Below are positions 53,188-64,000 of a stretch of 64,000 bases of DNA, piece by piece. Position 1 is the first letter of the stretch, and each line of letters starts with the position of its first letter. The position numbers and the translations under genes were made by a program. Location of the stretch: assembly GCF_026210795.1 (NCBI RefSeq), contig NC_089433.1, positions 434,001 through 498,000 on the forward strand, in the 5' to 3' direction. The DNA is from Rhizophagus irregularis. Lineage: Eukaryota. The notes beneath the pieces are model-generated. The model searched no databases. It saw only the letters and a program-made list of their open reading frames with translations, and was not told where the DNA came from.

Positions 53188-55039
53188 CATAGTTTATAAG
53201 CTGAAACTTCGTGCACAAAACCTCAGCTAAGAAACTGCCCATGGGCAGATTTGCCCATGGGATTTGATTGGCTAATACTTAATTGGTATATATCGGCCAA
53301 ATAAGGTAACTGAATGCAGATTTGCCTATAAACCAGCATGTGAGGATTGCATTGATATAAATTTTGTACTACCTAATAACCAAAAAAAGTCAAAAAAAAA
53401 TTAAGGTTACACAGTAATTCTGACTGAAGTTGAAATCATTATAGCCAGAATTAAGCTAATTCTGGTCGACCAGTTTCTGTATAATAATTCGTCCAATTAA
53501 ATTCCATCAATTCCTTTACCAAATGCGCAGTAATTTCTGGCCAAAATTAAGGTAACCGGCCAGAATTAAGTTATTTTGGCTGGACAAAATTGTCCATTTC
53601 AAATGAACCAATCAAATTTCATCAAATCATTTACCTAATAGACAAAATTGTCCGCTTTAAATGAGCCAATCAAATTTCATCAAATCATGGACAAAATTGT
53701 CTATTTTATATGAACCAATCAAATTTCATCAAATCAAAGACAAAATTGTCCATTTTATATGAGCCAATCAAATTTCATCAAATCATGGACAAAATTGTCC
53801 ATTTTATATGAGCCAATCAAATTTCATCAAATCATGGACAAAATTGTCCGTTTTATATGAGCCAATCAAATTTCATCAAATCATGGACAAAATTGTCCAT
53901 TTTATATGAGCCAATCAAATTTCATCAAATCATGGACAAAATTGTCCGTTTTATATGAGCCAATCAAATTTCATCAAATCATGGACAAAATTGTCCGTTT
54001 TATATGAGCCAATCAAATTTCATCAAATCATGGACAAAATTGTCCATTTTATATGAGCCAATCAAATTTCATCAAATTATAAACAAAATTGTCCGTTTTA
54101 TATGAGCCAATCAAATTTCATCAAATCATGGACAAAATTGTCCATTTTATATGAGCCAATCAAATTTCATCAAATCATGGACAAAATTGTCCGTTTTATA
54201 TGAGCCAATCAAATTTCATCAAATCATGGACAAAATTGTCCGTTTTATATGAGCCAATCAAATTTCATCAAATCATGGACAAAATTGTCCGTTTTATATG
54301 AGCCAATCAAATTTCATCAAATCATTTACCTAATATGCGGTAATTTCTGGCCAAAATTAATGTGAACAGCCAGAATTAAGTTAATTTGGCTGGACAAAAT
54401 TGTCTGTTTTATATGAGCCAATCAAATTTCATCAAATCATGGACAAAATTGTCCATTTTATATGAGCCAATCAAATTTCATCAAATCATGGACAAAATTG
54501 TCCGTTTTATATGAGCCAATCAAATTTCATCAAATCATGGACAAAATTGTCCGTTTTATATGAGCCAATCAAATTTCATCAAATCATGGACAAAATTGTC
54601 CGTTTTATATGAGCCAATCAAATTTCATCAAATCATGGACAAAATTGTCCATTTTATATGAGCCAATCAAATTTCATCAAATTATAAACAAAATTGTCCG
54701 TTTTATATGAGCCAATCAAATTTCATCAAATCATGGACAAAATTGTCCATTTTATATGAGCCAATCAAATTTCATCAAATCATGGACAAAATTGTCCGTT
54801 TTATATGAGCCAATCAAATTTCATCAAATCATGGACAAAATTGTCCGTTTTATATAAACCAATCAAATTCCATGGCAGATTTCGCCCATGGGCAGTTTCT
54901 TAGCTGAGATTTTCTGCACAAATTTTCAGCTTATAAACTTTATCATTTAAATTCAACCAATCAAATTTCATGGGCATTTATCCCATGGGCAGTTTCTTAG
55001 CTGAAATTTTGTGCAGAAACTTTCAGCTTATAAATTACG
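53188..55039. mobile_element. Region bounded by ~60-bp inverted repeats enclosing a satellite (element end or non-autonomous element)
   Basis: TAGTTTATAAGCTGAAA..CAGCTAAGAAACTGCCCATGGG at ~53190 has two inverted copies ending at ~54939 and ~55039. No TSD found. Confidence 0.65.
53582..54870. repeat. 49-bp satellite, ~25 copies, each with a GGACAAAATTGTCC near-palindrome and a CCAAT box
   Basis: Unit GGACAAAATTGTCCRTTTTATATGAGCCAATCAAATTTCATCAAATCAT; one ~70-bp interruption at 54325-54390 duplicates 53515-53580. Confidence 0.95.
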
Positions 55040-56134
55040 TAGTTTGACCACCGGCCAGAATTAAATGTAATTCTGGCCAAATCGTTCTATTTATTGCAAA
55101 AACTGTTTACCTACATACCATTAAGCACTTTATCACGTGAAGTTACTTTAAATCCAAAAAAGGAAAATTTTTTGGTTCTTGCAAAAATAACGTGATTTAG
55201 GTTTCACAATATTTAAAAAAGGAAATTTTTACACTGATCACATATATGCAGTCAGCATTACAGCTATTAAAAATCTAACGTCCAGAATTACATATTACAG
55301 GGGGTTTAAATCCTTATCTTACATACCCTATTTTTAAGAGATTTCAGTTACTAATAAAATTTATATTATTAGATTTGTCCTAATACAAGGAATTCCAGCT
55401 AAATCTGCCTGCTTTAGGCAACCCACAACCCAAATAAGGTAATTTTGTAATTTCTGACTGCAGATTTACCTATAAACTAGCATACTATCTAATATTAAAT
55501 CAAAAATAAAAAAAAATTAAGTAATTATAGCCAAAAAATTATGGCAACTATTAAGCTAATTCTGGCCAAACAAATTGTCCAATCAAATTCTGCAATCAAT
55601 TAGACAAAATTGTCTACTTTCAAATCAACTAACAAATGCCTATTACAAATAAATTCAAATTAAGGTAATTCTGGCTACAATTCTGGACAAAATTGTCAAA
55701 TCTATTCAAATATAACTTTCATTCAATAAACAATAAGTACTATTTTTTTAATTGTCTACTTTTTCAAATTAATCAATCAAATCAAAAAGTCAAAAGGCGC
55801 AGTAAACATGTTCTATCCAGTAATGGCATTAAGTGTAAAATTATGGGTGTGATGGATATGCGTAACAAATAAGATTAGTATACAAAAAATTCGTCCCCAG
55901 AATATTTATATAAATGGAAAACTTAGAGGGTGTAATGTAGAGTGACGAATAATTTTTATGATCACATGAGTGCAGAATTTTGTTGGGAGACTAACCAATC
56001 AAGTTTTATTGCAGATTTTGTTTATGGTGTTACAAAATCAAATTCGATAAGAGTATGTTAATCATTCAAATTAGGTATATTACATTTGCATGAGTAAGCA
56101 AAAAATTTTTTTACTTTCTGATTTTTAAAAAAGA

Positions 56135-56810
56135 AATGGAATACCTTCATGAGTTATTTCTTCTCTCTAAATCAACATTGCTCAAATATTTCTCCTGGTA
56201 TATGGAATACAACTCCATCTAACACTAATATCACAGAAGTTGCGCACGCGAATGTTAACAAAAAGAAACTAATTTAAAACTAAAAACCAATGTCAGTAAT
56301 ATATATTTATTTTTATTTAAAAATTTTAATTATTATTATTATTAATTCGTAATTTTATAATTATTAGGTCATGAAATTTTGATCTAACACTTTATGGAAG
56401 AATTCAAGTTCATAATAAATTTACAATTCCTTTGGCATCAAGTAATATAAGTGCTGTTAATAGAAAATTAAACGAATAAATGTATTAAAATTTATTTTAG
56501 AATTTGTCCTATTTGTATAATTTAAATTAATTAATTAATTAATTAATAATATTAATAATTATCTAGATGCATTGTTAAAAGAAAATCAACGTCAATAAGT
56601 TCAGTTCAAGCGTAAAAAAAGTAAAATTGCTTGTAATACAAGAAGTAATAATATAGATACAAAAGAAACTTCTTGTATTAAATTAATCTTGATTATTAAG
56701 AAAAAATGATTGAATTAAAAGAACGTGAACTGTTAGTGGAAGAAAGAGAATTGAAATTCTCAAAAAAAGAATTTGAACTACAAAATTGGAGGAAAATAAG
56801 CAATTTAATT
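56135..56810 (+). pseudogene. Remnant of a transposase-like gene (MULE-type TN..E.H motif, coiled-coil tail)
   Basis: ISSL/NQHCSNISPGIWNTTPSNTNITEVAHANVNK, then intron-split remnants ending ELKERELLVEERELK. Confidence 0.45.
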
Positions 56811-56828
56811 CATAATATTAAATTTGGA

Positions 56829-57965
56829 GGTTAATTTAAAAAAAAATTCACTAGAGGTGATATTCACTGAGTATTTCATTTGGTACATCTCGTGATTGGC
56901 ATCATTTTAATTACATTATAATGAATGTATTTATTTATTTAGAAACTTTAATGTTGTAAGGTAAATGCCATTTCACTTCTTTTTCTGCTCTTTTTTGTTT
57001 TCCTCTTTGATTGAAACATTATTAACATTTCTTTTTCTTTTCCTATTTTTTGAAATAGACAAAAATCAACCTGTATTTTTAGTTTGCGAGGTAAGTGACA
57101 TTTTGTTTCTTTTTCATTTTTTTGTTTTTTCTTGACTTGAGAACGTCACTTCTCTTTCTATTTTTTTTAGGAATGGCTGAATGACTCTAAAAATTGACCT
57201 GTATTCTGGTTTACAAGTAGGTGGCGTTTTAATTTTTTTCATTTCTTTTTAATATAAATGCCTTCATTTTTTATTGATTTGGGACGTCACTAACGTTTCC
57301 TTCTCTTTCTTTTTTTTTAGGAATGGCCAAATGAGAAAATCGACCAAGAATTTAAAATTACAAGATGTGTTTTATTTCCTTTTCATCCTGTTTCATTTTT
57401 TGTTTAATTTGGGAACGCTACTAACGTTCCTTCTTTTTTTTTTTTATGATCATCCATCTTTTCATTAATCTCTTTCTGATGGCTTTATTTGAGATGTAAT
57501 TACACAAACTATTTTTTCGTTAATCGTTTTGATTATATTGTTCTTAATGATTTTATTTAAAATTTGATGTCTCTTAAATTTTCTATTTCTGTCAATTCTT
57601 TTTAATTGATATATTACCTTAATTATTTATTTTGTTAACTTTTGGTATAATGGATTATGAAAACAATAAATCAAAAATTTTTATTACATTTAGTGTTCCA
57701 ATGGGGAGAATGTTCATTAAGCTGAATTTATTTTAAAATAATATGTAACTTATTGTATATATCATATTTGTTTGTTGTATAATAAAATATAGTGAGTGAT
57801 TATGTAAAAAAAAAAAATTATATTTATTATGTTTATGAATAGTTATTAAATTTTTTTTATTCAAATGAAAAAAAAATCATAGTTATATAATATGATAAAT
57901 TTTACTGGTGAAGTTCACCCCCTTTCCCAGTGAATTTCACTTTCCAGTAAGCATTAAAATCGTCC
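56829..57965. mobile_element. Degenerate MULE-like element of the 12689 TIR family, containing family-B micro-exon units
   Basis: Reverse complement of the right end, GGACGATTTTAATGCTTACTGGAAAGTGAAATTCAC, matches the TIR at 12689; left TTCACTAGAGGTGATATTCAC motif. No TSD recovered. Confidence 0.55.
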
Positions 57966-58175
57966 TTTCATTTTATTTGTAGCAAATTCTGGCTATTTAG
58001 GCTTTAGTAATAAGTTTTATTAAAATGATATAAATGGAATAAAAAATAGATGATGTAAGTGGACAAAATTGTCCCTTTGCAAGTAAAATTATTTTTATTT
58101 AACATTTTGCATTGTTACCAAAAAAAAAATCGATAAAATTCTATCTACTAAAAAATTGACCAAATAAAAAAATAT

Positions 58176-60900
58176 CTAAGTAATGATATATTCACTATTT
58201 CGAAATTCATCAGTTACATTTTCAAAGCCTTTACTCAAATCTAATTTGAAGATAACCTTTTTTTGAGGTACTACTGGCACGTTATCAAAAACTTCATCAT
58301 ATAGTTGAAGCCGTTCTGATTGAGAAATATCTAGTAAATCTGAAAGACGCTCATTTGATAAATTTGATGAAATTGAATGGCGTGTTTCCAATGAGGGTAT
58401 TTGGGATAAAAAAATTTCGTAATTTTCATTTTTGGTAAAAAAATCACATTTACGTAACCCAGACTGCACAAGTTGTGCACATGTAATACCTTCATTAAAT
58501 AACTTGCGCAATCGATTACATCCTAGCCTAATTCTTTGTTCTGCTTTACTGTTTGTTTTCAGCTTATCGCGCATAAAACCTATTACCCAGGTTCTTACAT
58601 TTTTAACACCATTTTCGGGATTTTTTTTCAGTTCTTCACCAATTCTTATAAGGTCTTCATAAACTCGAACTAATGACATTAAATGTAATAAGTTATATGA
58701 TTCTGCAGTTATTCTAAATTTTTCACACTGCAATTCTTGGTTTTTCCATTGAAGAATTCTCTCTTCTGCAGTTTTCACATCAGTTACTTTTATAGGTGTA
58801 GCTGATAATTCAGCTATAACATTCGTTAGTTCAAATTTTGAATGCTCAAGATTGATAAGAGTCTCATTATCAGTTTGTGAATTCAATAAAATTTCACGTA
58901 ATTTTTTCCCTTTTTTGAATAATAATAATTGGGTGGAATTTAATGTTTGTTGTTTTGCAACTTTCATACTTTCAGTATCATTCACATAATTATAATCCTC
59001 CTCATCTTCATCCGATGAAATATAAATATAATCGCATTTTTTTTGTGCTACTGCTTCTGGTATAGCTACTTGGGAGTGTAATTGTGATGTTGAAGCAGAT
59101 GATTGTGATGTTGTATTTTTTGAGACTTCTGGTATAGCTAATACTTGAAAATCTGATAATTGTGATGTTGAAGCAGTTATTGGTCGTGATGCTTTTTTTA
59201 AGGAAGCAACTGATTGTGATGTTGGTTGTTTTTCTAAAGCAGCTATTGGTTGTAGTATTGTTTTATTTGAGGTAGATAACGCTTGTGATTTCATGTTTCC
59301 TGAAGCAGATAATGTTTCTGGAATAGCTGATACAGAAGCTAGTGTTATTTCTACCAAAGGAGATGGTGGAGATGGTGGTAATTCTGTTTCTTTTGAAGGA
59401 GATGATGGATGTAATTCTATTTCTTCTAAAGAAGATGATTCTTCTTCTGAAAAGGCCGGTGGCTGTGATGGTATTTCTTTTATATGAGATCGTGGTTGTG
59501 ATACTATTTTTACTGAAGATGATGGTATTTGAGATGCTTCAAATCCTTCAGAATTTTTTGAATTGAAATCGTCGATTCTTGCGATCCACCTCTTGATATC
59601 ATTATGATAATTTACTATCCAACTCCAACTTAAATAGGCAGGTAAGGTCGTACACGCCCAAGTTATGTCAGAAATGGTAGCATTGCTTTTTATACAGTTA
59701 TTATTACCAAATTTTTTAATGCAACGTCTATTTAAATTTACCCAAATTTCATCAGGCGTATTGATAGTTGTCAAACCGTTAATAGCCATATCACAGTTTA
59801 CAATACGTGCAAAATCCAAATTATCAGAATCTTGACAGAATACTGAGCCAAAAGTTGATTTGGGAGGCAGTTGTTCAAAATTCAATTCATCAGAGACTAT
59901 GGTGTCGACAGTACCAGGAGTACATGAAATATTTGAAGTTTGGAGTTGATGTAATTCATTCTTTCATAAAAAATAAAAATAAAATTATTATAAATTATAA
60001 CGCATAGCAAAAATACTTAAAAAAAAATTTAATATAATATTTTTACCTGTAAATGAATATTTTGATTTGAAATTTCCTCACATCTACGCCTATAAATTTC
60101 AAGCTCGCTACTCAATTTTTTCTATATAATAATTACATAAAATGGTGAATAATAAATAACCCTTACGAAAAGACATACAGAAAATACTAATATATACTTT
60201 GATTTCTTGTAATTCATTTTCTTTCTGTTGAAGTTTCTGAAGGTGTTAAATTAGATAGAATAAGATTAATTAAAATTAAAAGAAAAAAATGATAAAATTA
60301 AAATTATTCACGAACAAAATTTAAAAAAAAGACAGAATTATCCATGAACGAAATTAAAGAAAAAATAGAAAAAACTGTCCATGAACGAAATTAAAAAAAA
60401 AGTGGACAAAACTGTTTACAAATAAGATTATGTCCATAAACAAAATTTAAAAAAAAAATGGACAAAATTGTCCATAAATGAAATTAAAAAAAAATTGACA
60501 AAATTGTCCAGAAAAAGTTAAAAAAAAAGCAAATAAAATTCTTCACCAACAAAATTAAAAGAAATGGACAAAATTTGAAATTAAAAAGAAAAAGCGAATA
60601 AAGTCATTTATGTACGAAATTAAAAAGTAGATAAAATTTTCCATCAAATTCTACCTTATATTCTAATGAACTTAGTTCCTCGCGCTCAACTAGGTCAAAA
60701 TATATACGACCATTTTTATTACAAAATACTGTAGCTTTGTTTCTTTCAAATAAACATGATTCAACTTTTTTATGCGTTTTAGTCCAAATGATGGATAAAG
60801 CCTCTGAAATTAAACTTTGATCATGTTCGTCAAGCTCTATTATTTTTCCACGTATCCTAGAATTAAAAATTGAAGAAGGTGTAAGAGCTTCCTTTGACAT
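58176..60900 (-). CDS. Intact 4-exon gene, 714 aa, unknown function; probable cargo or partner of the KDZ transposon
   Basis: Exons 60900-60655, 60236-60198, 60121-60047 and 59960-58176 join in frame through GT-AG introns. Coiled coil, W/C-rich globular part, S/P/T-rich linker, helical C-terminal domain. Confidence 0.85.
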
Positions 60901-62106
60901 TATTTTTTATTAAGAATGGTTAATTGAAAAATTAGGGCAAACATGCAAACGTAAAAAACAAAACACGGAGAATAAATAAATAGTTTATAGCTAGTGACGC
61001 AACAAATCAGCATACCAAATTTGATCGTCAGTTTTTTGTGTCACAGGATGACAAATAGAGATCAGGAAACTGAAAGTGCAATTTGATCTGTACAATATAT
61101 ACAGTTATAATGAATTTGTATCAGGGCAAATTATCCTTCGTTATAAGAAAAATATATAGTATAATATGGGAAATTTGGGAAAATATGGTATAATGTTAAT
61201 ATTTATTATATTATGAAAGGTTTCGCGTCGCACAGAATATCTTTGTTATAGTAAAAAAATTTGTTATAGTAAAAATTTGTTATAATAAAAAAATTTGTAT
61301 AAAAGAAAATTCATTATGGGAAGAGTCATTTTATATTTGTTATTTGTAGAAGTTACTTTGTTAAATGGCATAAGGCATTTATTTAATTAGTAATATTCAG
61401 TTTGGTATAACGAGATTTTTTTTTATATATTAAAATTGGTAAGATCCGTTATATTAAAAAATTTGTTGTCAAAATTCAGAGCTGATTGTACCATGATTGT
61501 ATTGATACTATTATTTTGATATTTCTACTTGCTTGTGCTCTCAATTTTGATGCTTTATTAAAAAAATAAATAAATAGATAAATAAAATTAAGATATAAAT
61601 TTTAAAATCCATTCACATATTTTTTATATAATTTATATAGTGATTTGTAACGTTTAAATTCAGTCAATTTACCTTAAAAAATAAAGAACTTTGTCTAAAA
61701 ATGAAATTATTCTAAACTAAAGTATAAAAATAGAGAAAATTATTCAGACGAAATTATTTTAGCTTGATATAAGAGAAAAAGTGAACAAAATTGTCTAGGA
61801 ACGAAAATTCAAGGAAAAAAATAAAATGAAAATAAGTGGACAAAATTGTTTAGAAATGAAAAAGTAAATTACATGATTTAACTTTTTATTAGCTTTTAAC
61901 CAGGCAAAACTCAAATTCGCGAATTTTTAATTAAGAGATGGTTTGACATTTTGATAACGAATTTGTAGCAAAAAGTAATACTTATATTAGTGTGATTTGC
62001 AAATGATATAAAATTCATGATTATTGACGTTGATCATATACAGATATAATTTGAATTTTTTAATATTTCAATAAATTATTTTTTTTATTTTTAAACTCCA
62101 TTAATT

Positions 62107-64000
62107 ATGGACAGTCTTAACGTCTGTATATTTAAGTATTACTAATATAGTAAATTATAGTTTCAGGCATTTATTAACTTTTATATTGTAAACTATTAAC
62201 AGCTTTTAAGCTCTAATATAAATAAAAAAAAAAGAAAAATAGGTATGCTTATAATAATTTAATTCTCTATAGACCAAAGAATTTTAGGTAACAAATATAA
62301 TATTTTGTAGGTCCTAAATATTACAAACCAAATCGAGCGTCGATAAATAAAAGAAATGCTAAAAAAATCATAATTCAAAAGTATCAAAAAGGATATAAAA
62401 GGTTTAGAATAAATAAAAATGTAACTGTGAAAGATGAAAAAGTTGAATGGGAAGACATCGACGAAAATAAATTACACACACACTGTGTAAATGGCCAAAA
62501 TTTTAATGCAGCAAAAGGTTTATATCGCAATGCACAGAAAAAGCTTATTGATAATTGGAAAGAGATTTTACCTAGACTATTTAATGTAATGATTGAGAAT
62601 AATGCCCTGGATAAGGACCGCAATTGTATTAAATGCAAGAAACCTGCCACATTCCGTTGCATGGATTGTGGATCTGATGTATATTTTTGCTCAGTCTGTG
62701 AAGACTTATTCCATAATAACATTAATATTTTTCATCAGAGAATTTTATTAGATCAAGATAGCAATAGTAATCACAATAGGACGTTAAAATTGCCTCAAAT
62801 CTGTTCTGAAAACTGTGAACATCAAGCTTTCAAAATATTAGTAGTTCATTTAAAAGGTAAATAAGTTAATGAGTTAATGTTATTGATATTATTTATATTT
62901 CTATTAATGAAATAAAAATAATTTAAATAGGACAATTTTCAGTGAACATTCCAGGTTGTAAAGGAATTGTTGAAACGCTAATTAAGCATAAACTATTTCC
63001 TTCTACACCTGTTAATCCAAATGTTGCATTTACATTTGAACTTCTTGATCTTTACGCAGAATTATTACTACAAGCACACGTTCCCTATCATTCTTTTTGT
63101 CGAGTTTTAGATGCACTTCATTCCTCTCAAAATATTAATAAAGTAAGTTCAATATAATTAATTATTTTTAGTTTTAATTTTATTATTACATGATTCTGAA
63201 TAATTACCATTTAATTATTTAATTTTACAACTTTCTAAATTTTCTTCAATTTTGATACTATTTGATATTATATATTATAGAATATTTACTATCTATTCAC
63301 GTCTACTGCTCATTACTATTTAGCAATTAAAAATCAAATCAAAAATACTGTTACAAGTATGCTCAAAAAAAATTATGATTTTAATTGCCCAGCATGTCCG
63401 CAGGTATTTATTCTAGATAATTTACTGTAGATTGGTTGTCTTATATTGTATTTCTAAATGTTATTTTCTTTTAATAATCATAGCCAAATGAAAAAAATGC
63501 AAAAATAATAGTTGCACTGGATGGAAACTTCCAACTAAGAAGATTAAAATGTGCTGGAAATGATATCAATGATCAATTAGTTAAAGATCAATTTATTATA
63601 AAGCAAAAACAATTTGATGAATGGATGATTACACATGATTCATCTCGAAATAAATCTACTAAGAATCAAGTATGTAAAAAACTGTAGTTATATTGTTTTA
63701 TATTTGTATTTTTATAATTTTATAACAATTTTTTTATTTCAAGGAAACTGCGTGTGACAGTTATTTTAAAGCAGCTGATCAAGCCCGTTCTAATATAAAA
63801 TCAAAACATTTAGATGATACAGGATTATTTGGTAGCACATGTAGGCATGGAATACCATTAAAGTTTATTAATCTAAAAGGAATTGGAGAAAGGTAAAAAC
63901 GTAAAATTATTTATTACTTTATTCATTCAATTAAGCTTAATTAATTATGTATATGGCTTTATCATTATAGGTTTTCGCTAGCAGAATGCCTTCTTTATCA
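62107..64000 (+). CDS. KDZ (Kyakuja-Dileera-Zisupton) transposase with N-terminal CxC cysteine clusters, 3'-truncated by the window
   Basis: In-frame exons (62107-62121 tentative), 62203-62242, 62311-62856, 62931-63142, 63281-63403, 63484-63669, 63744-63892, 63971->. Motifs: CIKC..FRCMDC..FCSVC..H..FHQ, LFPSTPVNPNVAFTF, CPACPQ, VALDGNFQLRR, TGLFGSTCRHGIPL..GE. Confidence 0.88.

Noticed and set aside
53582..54870. CRISPR-like array
   Set aside because: Contiguous 49-bp units with no unique spacers, no cas genes, eukaryotic context.
58432..60007. Short plus-strand ORFs here, and minus ORFs at 27017-27767, 31848-32090, 48962-49237 and 62384-62722
   Set aside because: Antisense shadows of real genes or pseudogenes.
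61100..61500. Possible pogo/Tc1-like MITE in the divergent intergenic region (repeated GTTATA motifs)
   Set aside because: No convincing TIR pair or TSD could be delimited.
1..64000. tRNA, rRNA or telomeric repeats
   Set aside because: None recognised by eye; a tRNAscan-SE or Rfam run would be needed to exclude degenerate copies.

Overview
Very AT-rich eukaryotic DNA with short GT-AG introns. The gene families present (expanded tyrosine-kinase-like kinase pseudogenes, a TRP-like channel, a Crinkler-type C-terminal fragment, a KDZ transposase) point to an arbuscular mycorrhizal fungus (Glomeromycota, Rhizophagus-like); this is inferred from family resemblance, not a search. Four apparently intact spliced genes were assembled by hand: a 259-aa header-domain protein (2415-3610), a TRP-like channel (23590-27858), a 714-aa unknown protein (58176-60900, minus) and a divergently transcribed KDZ transposase that runs off the window end (62107->64000). 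The rest is nested mobile DNA and pseudogenes: non-autonomous Helitrons (one with an empty site in a local paralogue), hAT-like MITEs with 8-bp TSDs, a MULE-like element filled with a 50-bp satellite, an RT-less retroposed 2.5-kb element with an 18-bp TSD, and a 49-bp CCAAT-box satellite. Most notable: (1) a structured intron, with compensatory base changes, that follows the same header exon in three genes, one a bromodomain-PD-(D/E)XK nuclease fusion; (2) tandem arrays whose repeat unit is a micro-exon plus a complete hairpin-containing intron; (3) a probable large KDZ transposon linked to its satellite by a shared palindromic motif. Most long F/I/S/H-rich ORFs in the ORF track are repeat artefacts.
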